Origin: Myxococcota bacterium
Lineage (GTDB): Bacteria; Myxococcota_A; UBA796; UBA2385
Assembly: GCA_044344255.1 (NCBI GenBank)
Contig: JBIJDH010000020.1
Span: 85,758 to 149,757 of the forward strand
Length of the DNA: 64,000 nt
Direction: 5' to 3'
Below the pieces are notes generated by a model, which did not search any database, was not told the DNA's origin, and saw nothing but the letters and a program-made list of their open reading frames with translations. Below are positions 53,974 to 63,644 of this stretch, one piece after another. Each line of letters begins with the position of its first letter. Positions within the stretch are counted from its first letter, which is position 1. A program made the position numbers and the translations under genes.

Positions 53974-56328
53974 TCAGCGCCAGCTCAGCTCACCCCGTCC
54001 TGCGGTCGCTCGGAGCCAGGGGCCATCCTTGGAAGTATCGATGGCCACGCCATCTTCGAGGATCGTCGACGCCTCCGGAGCCCAGATTGTGACGATCGTG
54101 TCTCGGTAGATCCCGGGCTCGCCGATCGTCAGGTGGTCCGAACCCCCGACGATCGTGGGGCCATCCACGACCGTGAAGCGCCCCTCGCCGGGCACGAAGC
54201 GGATCGTGAGGTCTCCCTTGTCGTTCGCCCAGGAGTCCACGCCCTCCTCGGTGGCCGGGGAGAGCGTGCGCACGCTCGACCGCAGCATCGGCACGATGCC
54301 CCCCTCGGCGATGAAGAGCGGCCCCTCGCCGAGGGGCGCCGCGACCTCGGCCTCACCTTCGTAGCGGTCGCCGGTCCACCAGTGCACCCAGCCCCCCGGC
54401 GGGAAGTTGACGGTGCGGCTCGTGGCCCCCGCGACCTCAACCGGGGCCACGAAGAGGGCCTCCCCCACGAGGAAGCTGTCGTCGGAGCGGGGCCCGCCCA
54501 CGAGCTCGGGAGGCCGCAGGATCGGCGTCCCCACGGTAGAGGCCGCCACCTGGAGGGCGCGGAGGTAGGGGAAGAGCTGGATGTGGAGCTGGGTGTAGCG
54601 CTGGCCGACCTCGAGCACGCGCTCCGTCCAGTCCCCCTCGAGCAGCCAGTAGTGATGGTTCTCCCCGCCGCCCACCTGCATCACCGGCAGCAGGGCGCTG
54701 TACTCGGTCCAGCGGATGATCGTCTCCTCGTTCGCCCGCCCGTGCCGGTAGCCGCCGGTGTCGCTCGCGAAGCAGGGGAAGCCGCTCATCGACAGCGAGG
54801 TGCCGCCGCGGATGGCGGAGGGGAGACCGCCCACATGGCCCTCTTCACCGTGTCGGCGGAGGTCATTGTCGAGGTCGCCGGGCCAGATGCAGTCCACCTC
54901 GTACTGTGTCCCCCACGCTCCGCCGCGGCCGAGGAGGAAACGATCCCGCCCGAGCGTGTCATAGGGCGCGGCATAGGCGGTGTCGTAATACTCGGCGAAG
55001 CGGTGGTGCATCGTCCGCTCGTCCTGGCCATTGGCGAACTCGGTCGGGAGGCGGCCGCCGTAGCCTACCTGAACGTCCTCCCCATAATCGAGCTTCCAGC
55101 CCTCGATCCCTCGGTCTCGCGCCGCCGCCACCCGCCCCTGCCAGCGCTCCATCGCCGCTGGGAGCGTGAGGTCGACCAGCGGGCCGAACTGGTTGAACTC
55201 GATGGGAAGATCGACCAGCAGGCCCTCATCGCGGTAGGTCGCGAATTCAGGGTCCGCCTCTTCCACATAGGGGGTGCTCCAGGCCATCCATCGGAAGCCG
55301 AGGGCGTGGAGCTGGCTCACAAGGGTGTCCCACTCCGGGAACTGCTCGGGGTCGGGCTGCATCGAGTTGTAGGAGGTCTGCCAGGGGTTGTCGACCCAGA
55401 GCACCCCGAAGGCGAGGTCGTTGTCCCGGATGGCGAGCGCGTCGTCCAGGACCTCCTGTCCATCCACGTTCTCATTCCGCCAGATGAAGGGCGCGCCGGC
55501 CCAGGTGGGGGGCAGGCGCGGCAAGCCGGAGGCGCGGGTCCAGGCGGCGACGACCTCGACGGGATCGGCCACCTCACCGGGGACGTCCGCGCCGAAGAGC
55601 CGGAAGTCGAGGGCCTGCTCCGTCGCGACGACGACCTCGACGAGGTCCGGATCTGCGACCCCGACGTCGAAGACCATCGGCCAGTCGCTCTCGACGCCCA
55701 CGCCAAAGCCGAGGGTGGCGTCGACGAAGAAGGGCACCGGCACGTGGGCCTCGTTGTAGGAGCTCTCGAGCTCGGAGTCGAGCTCGATCTGCATGGCCCG
55801 GACCTGGCCGCGCTGCTCGACGGCGTCGAAGGTCTCGCCGAGGCCGTAGATGCCGTCCGCCTCGGGCGAGGTGAAGGACAGGGAGATGTAGGGCGAGATG
55901 TGGTCGAGCGAGAGGCGCAGCGGCAGGCCCTGGTCGTCGGCCGCCCCCTGCCCGGGGCGGAGGGAGAGCATGCCCTGGCCGCCGTCGTCGAATTCCAGGC
56001 GCAGGGCCTCGCCCTCCCAGGCGGCGGTCTCAACGGCGCTCCACGAGACCGACGGAGCGAAGGCCGCGAGATCAGGGTCCTTCAGGTTGATCGGGTCATA
56101 ACCCTCAGCCGGATCGTAGACGGGGACGGAGCCCACCCGGAGGGCCCCCGGCGCGAGCTCCGCGGTGCCGTAGCGGAGGCTGAAGGGATCGAGGGAGACC
56201 TCGACGTCGGCCCAGGGGTCTCGCGCGCCCCCGTCGCCGCCCACGGCCTCCCCGTCACCCGAGCAGGCGGGGCTGAGGGCCGCCGAGAGCAGCAGGGCGG
56301 GAGGCAAGAGCGCGCGGGAATGCCGCAT
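53974..56328 (-). CDS. Glycoside hydrolase family 31 lipoprotein
   Basis: YGLGE, VPFF, WVDNPW, GWKLDYGE (nucleophile), WPGD (acid/base), SDTGGY, FLVGEALFVAPV. Confidence 0.92.
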   Translation of the reverse strand: MRHSRALLPPALLLSAALSPACSGDGEAVGGDGGARDPWADVEVSLDPFSLRYGTAELAPGALRVGSVPVYDPAEGYDPINLKDPDLAAFAPSVSWSAVETAAWEGEALRLEFDDGGQGMLSLRPGQGAADDQGLPLRLSLDHISPYISLSFTSPEADGIYGLGETFDAVEQRGQVRAMQIELDSELESSYNEAHVPVPFFVDATLGFGVGVESDWPMVFDVGVADPDLVEVVVATEQALDFRLFGADVPGEVADPVEVVAAWTRASGLPRLPPTWAGAPFIWRNENVDGQEVLDDALAIRDNDLAFGVLWVDNPWQTSYNSMQPDPEQFPEWDTLVSQLHALGFRWMAWSTPYVEEADPEFATYRDEGLLVDLPIEFNQFGPLVDLTLPAAMERWQGRVAAARDRGIEGWKLDYGEDVQVGYGGRLPTEFANGQDERTMHHRFAEYYDTAYAAPYDTLGRDRFLLGRGGAWGTQYEVDCIWPGDLDNDLRRHGEEGHVGGLPSAIRGGTSLSMSGFPCFASDTGGYRHGRANEETIIRWTEYSALLPVMQVGGGENHHYWLLEGDWTERVLEVGQRYTQLHIQLFPYLRALQVAASTVGTPILRPPELVGGPRSDDSFLVGEALFVAPVEVAGATSRTVNFPPGGWVHWWTGDRYEGEAEVAAPLGEGPLFIAEGGIVPMLRSSVRTLSPATEEGVDSWANDKGDLTIRFVPGEGRFTVVDGPTIVGGSDHLTIGEPGIYRDTIVTIWAPEASTILEDGVAIDTSKDGPWLRATAGRGELSWR

Positions 56329-56413
56329 GGTGGGGCCCCAATGGATGAGCAGGAGAGGGAGCGTTGTACGACGGCGCGGCCCGCCGCTCAACACCCTCCG
56401 GCTCGCCGCCAGG

Positions 56414-59401
56414 TCAACGGCGGAGCTCGGGGAGCACGGTCTGACCCACGACCGTCGCGGCGCGCTGCGGCCAGCCGGGGGCGGCCCCCGGGGTCGCGGC
56501 GAGGTTGCCGAGGGCCGACTGACCGAGGACGGAGCCACCGCCGATCCAGCCGCCCTCGCCGTCCGAGAGCAGCAGCGCCGCGCTCTCGCTGCCATCGGCA
56601 GAGGAGAAGCGCACGGTGAGGTCATCGAGCCCGTCGCCGTTCCAGTCCGCCCCCGAGACCCGGATGGCGGCGCCCTCGGCGAGGGGAGGGGGCGTGTAGA
56701 GGGGGACCAGCCGGAGCGCACTGGAGAACACGGTCCCCGCGGAGACGAAGGTCGGGTTGTTGACCGCGACGAGCAGCACGGAGGGCTGACCGAGGCCGAA
56801 GAGGTCTGCGGCGCCGATCGGCACGAGCAGATCGCCGCAGTCCGCCTCCTCCGAGGTGGAGATCGCGGTGACGTCCTCCGCGGTCAGCACCCCCGGCGCC
56901 CCCAGCACTGCCACGGTCGCCACCGGGCAGGCGGTGCCGGTCCACGGCATGACCACGAAGGTGAGCTGGTCGCCGAGCTCGCCGGGGGGGAGGTCGAAGA
57001 TGGTGCCCTCTCGGTCGGCCAGCCAGGCGAGGGGGTCGCTGTCCTCGATGGTCCAGGCGGTGGGCACCGAGGTCGAGGCCCAGGGGGGGGTGTCGAGGCC
57101 GCCGGTGAACAGCTCGCCGGCGCCGAAGTCGTCGCCCTCCACCGCCGACCAGGCCGAGGCCCCGACCAGGGTCGCGACGTCCTCGGCGAGCCCGAGGTCG
57201 AGCACGGCCACACCGTCGCCGCGGTGGGCGACCACCTGCCAGCCGCCTTCGGCGGTGGGGGCGGTGGAGAGGCTGTCGAGCTCGACGGTGTAGTCCGCGT
57301 CGGTGATCGAGCCGCTCGAGTCGATGACGAGCACCACCCCCTTCGCGGTTGCGTCGTGGTGCACATGCAGGGTCCGGTCGCCGATCTTCCGCGAGCCCAC
57401 GGGCCGGAAGTGAGGGATCCCGAAGGACACGGGCGCGCCCTCGACCCCGCCGGTCACGGTGCGCAGCCAGCCTCCAGAGAGGAATTCGACCCGATCCTCG
57501 CCGTCGGCGACCACCGCCAGCACCCCGGCGGCCTCGCCGTAGGTGGCGTCGGGGTGGGTGGCCCGGGTGACGACGAAGGGGCCGCCCTCCACCGTCACCC
57601 CAAACAGGAGCTCATCGCCGAGGGAGAGGATGGGGTCCGCGGGATCGGCGAGCCCGCTGGCCCCGGGCGCCGGCCCTACCGCGTAGAGGACCGGCGTGGA
57701 CTTGTCGATCTGCTTGCGGATCGTGCGGGGAGATCCCCCGGTGGCGAGCAGCGCGGGCTCGAGGCCGTCGTCCTGCCAAGCCGCGAGCGCCACCTCCAGG
57801 TTGACCGGTGAGGGCGCACCGGTCCGATCGTACTCGAGGCCGTCCGAGGTGAGCACCTTCCCCTTGAGCCCGTTCTTCTGGGCGGAGGGGGCGAGCCCGG
57901 TGTCTGGCGCGCCGGGCTGCTGGCTCCAGTGGCCCGCGATCCAGGTGTTGCCCACCGCTGGCATCGGCAGCGCGGACAGCGAGGCCGAGCCCTCCGGTCC
58001 GACGAAGATCGTGTCACCATCCGCGGTCCCGACGACGACCGCCTCCCAGAACACCCCGTCGGCGTCGGTGTACCGGTCCACCGCGAAGAGCCCATCCGGG
58101 GCGGCGTCCAGGCCCTCGATCGTGCGGCCATCCACCTTCTCGAGGCCGGAGGCGCCGTCTTCGGCGTAGACGGTGTAGGGCAGCCGGCCGCTGCTGGAGT
58201 CGAGGTCGGCGAAGCGCACCGCCACCACCTCGAAGGCGCTCGCGACCTCGCTGCGCACATCGACCTCCGCGACGAGGCTGAGCGCGCCCTCGCCCGCCTC
58301 GACCTCCGCGGGCGTCAGGCCGCCGAGGCTGCTCTCCCACTGGAGGCTGCCGTTGACCGAGAGGACGAAGACATCGCCGCTCTTGGTGGCCACGGTCGCC
58401 AGCACGGCGAGGCCCGGGGTGCCGGTGGGGTCACCGGTCACGCCGTCGGTGAAGGCGACACGGTGCAGCGCCTTGATCGTGCCCATCTTGGCGAAGGCGT
58501 CGGAGACGCGGGTGGCGGCGGTCCAGCCCGACACGGCCTTCATCACGACCGAGGGCTCGCCGACCGAGAGGAGGCCGCCGAAGAAGGCGTCGCCGGTCGC
58601 GCCGCCGCTCGGGCTGTAGACCACCAGGTGCTCGGTCTCCGGGCTGAGCAGGGGGTAGGCCTCGCCCAAGGCATAGGCGCTGAGGTCGGAGAGCGGGAGC
58701 TCCTCCTCGAGACAGGCGCCGCTGTCGAGGGCGCAGCGGGAGGCGGCCACCGCCGTCGCCGTGGTCTGGGTGAGGAGGAGGTCGGCGACGCCGTCCTCGT
58801 CGGCGTCCAGGAGGGTAGCGGCGATGGGCTCCGCCGGATCGGTCTTCGTGGTGTTGAGCGGCAGCGGCGCGGGCAGGGGCGAGGCGACGTCGGCGAGATC
58901 GGCGTAGAGCCGCATGCGCAGGTCGATCGGATCGCCCACCTCGGGCAAGAGGCGGACGGGGAGGTCGTCGGTCGGCTCCCCGCAGCCCTCCGGCAGGGTG
59001 ATCGTGAGGTCGACGCCCGTCTCGGACTCGATCACCTCCACCGCGAGCGCCGCCTCTCCCGCGGAGGCGGTCCAGCGCAGGGAGCGGGCGCTCAGCACGT
59101 TCTCGCAGTCGAGGTTGGCGCGGACGAGCCCGCAGGTCGCGGCGGGGAGGGTGACCGGGCTGTGGCTGCGGAGCCGGCAGAGGGCGTCGGTGGGGCCGCC
59201 GCCGTCGGTCCCGTCGGTGCCGTCGGTGCCGTCGGTGCCGTCGGTGCCATCGGCCCCATCCGCGCCGTCCGACCCATCGGCGCCCTCATCGCCGCCCTTG
59301 GGGTCCCCCGTACTCTCCTTGTCTCCGCAGCCGACCAGGAGGGCCAGCCAGAGCGAAGGCAAGAGGACGTGAGAGCGGGAAGCGAGGGAGTTTCGGTTCA
59401 T
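56414..59401 (-). CDS. Large acidic surface lipoprotein with FG-GAP-like Ca-binding motifs
   Basis: Lipobox LVGC; (DGT)n linker; DADEDGVADL, DLFGLGQPSV, DWNGDGLDDL. Confidence 0.8.
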   Translation of the reverse strand: MNRNSLASRSHVLLPSLWLALLVGCGDKESTGDPKGGDEGADGSDGADGADGTDGTDGTDGTDGTDGGGPTDALCRLRSHSPVTLPAATCGLVRANLDCENVLSARSLRWTASAGEAALAVEVIESETGVDLTITLPEGCGEPTDDLPVRLLPEVGDPIDLRMRLYADLADVASPLPAPLPLNTTKTDPAEPIAATLLDADEDGVADLLLTQTTATAVAASRCALDSGACLEEELPLSDLSAYALGEAYPLLSPETEHLVVYSPSGGATGDAFFGGLLSVGEPSVVMKAVSGWTAATRVSDAFAKMGTIKALHRVAFTDGVTGDPTGTPGLAVLATVATKSGDVFVLSVNGSLQWESSLGGLTPAEVEAGEGALSLVAEVDVRSEVASAFEVVAVRFADLDSSSGRLPYTVYAEDGASGLEKVDGRTIEGLDAAPDGLFAVDRYTDADGVFWEAVVVGTADGDTIFVGPEGSASLSALPMPAVGNTWIAGHWSQQPGAPDTGLAPSAQKNGLKGKVLTSDGLEYDRTGAPSPVNLEVALAAWQDDGLEPALLATGGSPRTIRKQIDKSTPVLYAVGPAPGASGLADPADPILSLGDELLFGVTVEGGPFVVTRATHPDATYGEAAGVLAVVADGEDRVEFLSGGWLRTVTGGVEGAPVSFGIPHFRPVGSRKIGDRTLHVHHDATAKGVVLVIDSSGSITDADYTVELDSLSTAPTAEGGWQVVAHRGDGVAVLDLGLAEDVATLVGASAWSAVEGDDFGAGELFTGGLDTPPWASTSVPTAWTIEDSDPLAWLADREGTIFDLPPGELGDQLTFVVMPWTGTACPVATVAVLGAPGVLTAEDVTAISTSEEADCGDLLVPIGAADLFGLGQPSVLLVAVNNPTFVSAGTVFSSALRLVPLYTPPPLAEGAAIRVSGADWNGDGLDDLTVRFSSADGSESAALLLSDGEGGWIGGGSVLGQSALGNLAATPGAAPGWPQRAATVVGQTVLPELRR

Positions 59402-59503
59402 GGGGAGCCCCGTGCAGAGGCGCCCATGGTACCCGCATCGCGGCGCAGGGTGATCCTGCATGAACCCTACAACCGCGGCCCGCTCTACGCCCCGCCGCGC
59501 CGG

Positions 59504-60064
59504 TCAGCGTCCGGGGGGCTTGCGGGGGTGATGGATCACGGAGCCCGACCCCGGCTTGCCGCCGATGCCGTCGCCGCCGAAGACGAGGCCCACCGAGAGG
59601 CCGGTGCGGAGGCGGCCGCCGTCTACCTGGCTCCACTCAGGGCCGACGGTGGCGTGGAGGTCGAGCCAGGCGAGCGGGCGCGCGCCGAAGCCGACGTCGA
59701 GGCCGGTCCAGGGCCCATTGTCGCCGTCTCGGCTCGCGAAGCCAGCCTGGACGCGGCCGAGGCCGTAGAGGCCCTCCCCGGGGCTGCCGGTGAAGTACCA
59801 GCGGCCCGTGAGGCCGAGGCCCCCGTGCCAGTCTCCGCTGGCGGGATCGACGTCCCCCACGAGCTCCACCGCCGCCGCCGGGGTGGGCTCGACGCCGAGC
59901 CGGAGCCCGGGGAGGAGCGCGCGGCCCTCCCCGCCCACCATCGACACGCCGGGCGACACCGTCAGCGAGGCCGCCTGCGCAGGCCCCGAGGCCACGGCGA
60001 GGAGGCAGAGGGCGGCCAGAGGTCGATTCACCAGTCGATTCACCACGGGGCGTCGTTTCACCAT
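59504..60064 (-). CDS. Putative outer-membrane beta-barrel protein
   Basis: Signal peptide; alternating amphipathic beta-strands (GLGLTGRWYF, GLDVGFG, GLSVGLVF). Confidence 0.7.
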   Translation of the reverse strand: MVKRRPVVNRLVNRPLAALCLLAVASGPAQAASLTVSPGVSMVGGEGRALLPGLRLGVEPTPAAAVELVGDVDPASGDWHGGLGLTGRWYFTGSPGEGLYGLGRVQAGFASRDGDNGPWTGLDVGFGARPLAWLDLHATVGPEWSQVDGGRLRTGLSVGLVFGGDGIGGKPGSGSVIHHPRKPPGR

Positions 60065-60612
60065 TGGTAGATGGCCTCGAGGCTGGCTTGGGGACGCATC
60101 AGGGACACGTCGTCCGAGATGATGTCGATGTAGGGCTGATAGAAGAACGCCTTGCCGCTGGCCCGGAGTCCCACCTTCTTGTAGCGGACGAGCCCGTCGA
60201 GCCCGGCGAGGATCGCCGGGTTGGCGACGAAGGCCACCTCGTTCGAGCGGTCCTCCGACCAGACGGCCGCGAAGCCGCCCCGCCCGATGAGGTCCCAGCT
60301 GAAGTCGCCCTTGACCCGGTGGGGGACGCGGAGCCCGGGCGCCACGAAGATGCCGTGCCGGAGCGCGATGGCCTCCTCGGGCGCGTCCCGCGAGAACTCA
60401 GCCTCACCGGCCTCGGTGGCGCTCATGAAGCCGCCGACGTCGACGAAGACGAAGCGGGTGAGCCGAGAGTCGAAGCCGCCGGAGAGGCCGAGGGCGAGGC
60501 CGGTGTCGGCGACCGAGAGCCCGATGTGAGCGCGGTTCTGTGGATCGAGGACGGGCGCGGCCTCGGCGTCGGGCAGCGAGGCGGTCAAGATCAGGGCGAA
60601 GATAGCGGTCAC
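60058..60612 (-). CDS. Putative outer-membrane beta-barrel protein
   Basis: Signal peptide; amphipathic strands; terminal EAIYQW beta-signal. Confidence 0.75.
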   Translation of the reverse strand: MTAIFALILTASLPDAEAAPVLDPQNRAHIGLSVADTGLALGLSGGFDSRLTRFVFVDVGGFMSATEAGEAEFSRDAPEEAIALRHGIFVAPGLRVPHRVKGDFSWDLIGRGGFAAVWSEDRSNEVAFVANPAILAGLDGLVRYKKVGLRASGKAFFYQPYIDIISDDVSLMRPQASLEAIYQW

Positions 60613-60677
60613 GGGCGCTCCGTCCGAGGCGGTCTCCGGGCCGGGCCGGAGCGGGGCCCCTACCATATCCCCGGCCC

Positions 60678-60720
60678 CGCCAACCTCCCACGCCAACCTC
60701 CCACGCCAACCTCCCACGCC
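60678..60720. repeat. 13-bp tandem repeat CGCCAACCTCCCA x3 in a divergent promoter region
   Basis: Three perfect copies at 60678, 60691 and 60704. Confidence 0.9.
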
Positions 60721-60768
60721 TACCCACGGCCTCGGAGGTTATGCACGCAGCCCCCCCCGGGAGGCCCG

Positions 60769-62265
60769 ATGACCCCTGCACCGACCGAGCCCTCGCGCCC
60801 GGCTTCGCCCTCGACCCGCGGCACCGCCGAAGAGGCCGTCCGCCGTCACTTTCAGGCCGCCCTGCCCGCAGGCCTGCACTTCTGCTCGATCCGCTTCGTC
60901 GAAGAGCGCAGCGAGTCCATCTCGGTCCGGCAAGACCTGCTGCAGCCGGTGACCGAGAGCACCGACCAGGGCGTGATGGTCACCGTGATCCACCAGGGCG
61001 GGCTCGGCTACGCCGCGACGAGCGACCTCTCCTTGTCGGGCTTGAGCCGCGCGATCTCCCGCGCCCGCGAGTGGGCCGAGCGCTCGGCAACACGCGCGGT
61101 CTTCGACTACAACCGAGTGGAGATGCCCCACCCCGTCGGGAGCTACAACAGCCCCGTCGAGCGGCCCTGGTCGAGCGTCCCGCTGAGCGAGAAGATCGAG
61201 CTCCTGCAGCAGATCAGCAAGACCCTGCACCCCTCGGACCGCGTGGTGGACTGGGACTGTACGCTCAACCACACCCAGGTCGAGTCGCTGTACCTGACGA
61301 GCGGCGGCGGTGAGGTGCGGCAGTCGCTGAGCCTGCTCGGCCCCGACATGCAGGTGGTGGCCCACAAGGACGGCAAGACCCAGCGGCGCACCCTCGGCGG
61401 CCTCCGCGGCCTCTCCCAGCAGGGCGGCTGGGAGCTGCTGGCCCGCACCGGCTTCGCGCAGCTCGGCAGCACGATGGCCGCCGAAGCGCTGGAGCTGCTC
61501 GACGCGCCCGACTGCCCCACCGGCAAGATGGACCTCCTGCTCGCCCCCGACCAGATGATGCTGCAGATCCACGAGTCGATCGGGCACCCCCTCGAGCTCG
61601 ACCGCATCCTCGGCGATGAGCGGAACTACGCCGGCACGAGCTTCGTCACCCTCGACATGTTCGGTCGGTACGCCTACGGCAGCCCGCTGCTCAACGTCAC
61701 CTTCGACCCCACCGAGGCCCACGAATTCGCCTCCTACGGCTGGGACGACGAGGGCAACAAGGCCGAGCGCGTGACCCTGATCGAAGATGGCGTCCTCCGG
61801 CGGCCCCTCGGCGGCGTCACGTCTCAGGCCCGCTCCGGCCTGCCCGGCGTCGCGAACGCCCGCGCCTCGAGCTGGAACCGCCCGCCGATTGACCGCATGG
61901 CCAACTTGAACGTCGAGCCGGGTGACCAGAGCTTCGACGAGCTCGTGGGCCAGGTCGAGCGCGGCGTGTACATGCGCACGAACGTGTCCTGGTCGATCGA
62001 CGACTCTCGCAACAAGTTCCAGTTCGGCTGCGAGTACGGTCGCCTCATCGAAGACGGTCAGCTCAAGGGCGTGGTCAAGAACAACAACTACCGGGGTATC
62101 TCCGCCACCTTCTGGCGCAACCTGAAGGCGGTGGGAGACCGGAGCACCCGCGAGGTGCTCGGCACCCCCTTCTGCGGGAAGGGCGAGCCCAACCAGATCA
62201 TCCGGGTCGGCCACGCCAGCCCGGCCTGCCTGTTCAGCGACGTCGACGTCTTCGGGGGTGTTTGA
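60769..62265 (+). CDS. tldD: TldD metalloprotease subunit
   Basis: HESIGH zinc motif, WDDEG, PIDRMANL, FQFGCE, CGKGEP...VGHASP. Confidence 0.93.
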   Translation: MTPAPTEPSRPASPSTRGTAEEAVRRHFQAALPAGLHFCSIRFVEERSESISVRQDLLQPVTESTDQGVMVTVIHQGGLGYAATSDLSLSGLSRAISRAREWAERSATRAVFDYNRVEMPHPVGSYNSPVERPWSSVPLSEKIELLQQISKTLHPSDRVVDWDCTLNHTQVESLYLTSGGGEVRQSLSLLGPDMQVVAHKDGKTQRRTLGGLRGLSQQGGWELLARTGFAQLGSTMAAEALELLDAPDCPTGKMDLLLAPDQMMLQIHESIGHPLELDRILGDERNYAGTSFVTLDMFGRYAYGSPLLNVTFDPTEAHEFASYGWDDEGNKAERVTLIEDGVLRRPLGGVTSQARSGLPGVANARASSWNRPPIDRMANLNVEPGDQSFDELVGQVERGVYMRTNVSWSIDDSRNKFQFGCEYGRLIEDGQLKGVVKNNNYRGISATFWRNLKAVGDRSTREVLGTPFCGKGEPNQIIRVGHASPACLFSDVDVFGGV

Positions 62266-63590
62266 TGCAGACGGCGTTTCGGGCCCTGGCCGACCACATC
62301 CAGGCCTCCCTGCACGCGGGGGAGGAGTTCACCTGCTCCCTCGTCGGCGAGGCCTCCGACTTCGTCCGCTTGAACCGAGGGAAGGTGCGTCAGCCTGGAG
62401 AGGTGCGACAGCAGTCCCTGTCGCTGCGCCTCATCCGCGGGACGCGCTCGGCCACCGCCGACACGACCCTGAGCGGCATCCCGGCGGGGGACCGCGCCCA
62501 GGTGGACGCCCTCCTCGGCCGCCTCCGCGAGCGCATCCCGTTCATCCCCGAAGATCCGCACCTGCTCTACGCCACCGAGGCGCACTCCACCGAGCGGGAG
62601 GGCCCGAACACCCTGATCTCCGCCCCCGACGCGGTGGACGAGCTGCTCGGTGAGCTCGGCCCCGATGAAGACCTCGTCGGCATCTTCGGCCAGGGCACCG
62701 TCTACCGCGGCTTCGCCGCCTCGAGCGGGCAGCGCAACTGGTTCAGCTCTTCGAGCTTCAACCTCGATTGGGCGATGGTGCACCAAGGCGACAAGGGGGC
62801 CAAGTCCGGCTACGCCGGCTTCCACTGGGACCGCGCCGCCCTGCGCGCCCGCCTCGAGGCCACCCGCCGCGACACCCTGGTGCTGGCCCGACCGATCCAC
62901 CCCGTCTCTCCCGGGAAGTATCGGGTCTACCTGACACCGACGGCGCTCGGGGAGATCGTGAGCCTGCTCGGCTGGTCCTCCTTCTCCGGCCGCGCCGTGC
63001 AGACCCGCACGAGCACGCTGATGGAGCTGGTGACCGGTGAGCGCCGCCTGCACCCCTCCGTCTCCCTCGCCGAAGACACCGCCCATGGCGTCGCCCCCGA
63101 CTTTCAGGAGGACGGCTTCGTCAAGCCCGACCGCGTGCCGCTGATCGAGGGGGGCGCCTGGGCGGGGGCCCTCGTCTCTCCGCGCACGGCCCGCGAGTAC
63201 GGCGTCCCGGCGAACGGCGCCTCCGCCTCCGAGAACCCCGTCTCCCTCGACATGGCCGGCGGCGACATCCCCTCAGCCGAGGTCCTCCGTCGCCTCGGCA
63301 CGGGCGTCTACGTGGGCAACCTCTGGTACCTGAACTACTCGGACCGCAACGCCTGCCGTATGACCGGCATGACCCGCTTCGCCACCTTCTGGGTGGAGGA
63401 CGGCGAGGTGGTCGCCCCGATCCCGGTGATGCGCTTCGACGAGACGGCCTACAACGTGCTCGGTGACAAGCTCATCGGCCTCACCGCCGAGCGCGACTTC
63501 CGGCTGAGCGCGGACACCTACTTCCAGCGCTCGACCGACAGCGCGCGGCTGCCGGGCGCCCTGGTCGAAGACTTCACCTTCACGCTCTGA
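62265..63590 (+). CDS. TldE/PmbA subunit
   Basis: TGATG-coupled to tldD; GMTRFATFWVEDGE, MRFDE; no HExxxH. Confidence 0.9.
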   Translation: MQTAFRALADHIQASLHAGEEFTCSLVGEASDFVRLNRGKVRQPGEVRQQSLSLRLIRGTRSATADTTLSGIPAGDRAQVDALLGRLRERIPFIPEDPHLLYATEAHSTEREGPNTLISAPDAVDELLGELGPDEDLVGIFGQGTVYRGFAASSGQRNWFSSSSFNLDWAMVHQGDKGAKSGYAGFHWDRAALRARLEATRRDTLVLARPIHPVSPGKYRVYLTPTALGEIVSLLGWSSFSGRAVQTRTSTLMELVTGERRLHPSVSLAEDTAHGVAPDFQEDGFVKPDRVPLIEGGAWAGALVSPRTAREYGVPANGASASENPVSLDMAGGDIPSAEVLRRLGTGVYVGNLWYLNYSDRNACRMTGMTRFATFWVEDGEVVAPIPVMRFDETAYNVLGDKLIGLTAERDFRLSADTYFQRSTDSARLPGALVEDFTFTL

Positions 63591-63601
63591 GCCGGCGGGA
63601 G

Positions 63602-63644
63602 GCCAAGAAAAAACCCTCCAACTTACGTTGGAGGGTCTCTTGGC
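63602..63644. terminator. Strong hairpin with a U-tract on the minus strand (possibly bidirectional terminator)
   Basis: accctccaac-ttac-gttggagggt, preceded on the + strand by A6. Confidence 0.85.

Noticed and set aside
60769..63590. TldDE as the dedicated protease of the putative peptide-modification operon at 41-43 kb
   Set aside because: It is 17 kb away with unrelated genes between; TldDE is widespread and nothing in the sequence links them.
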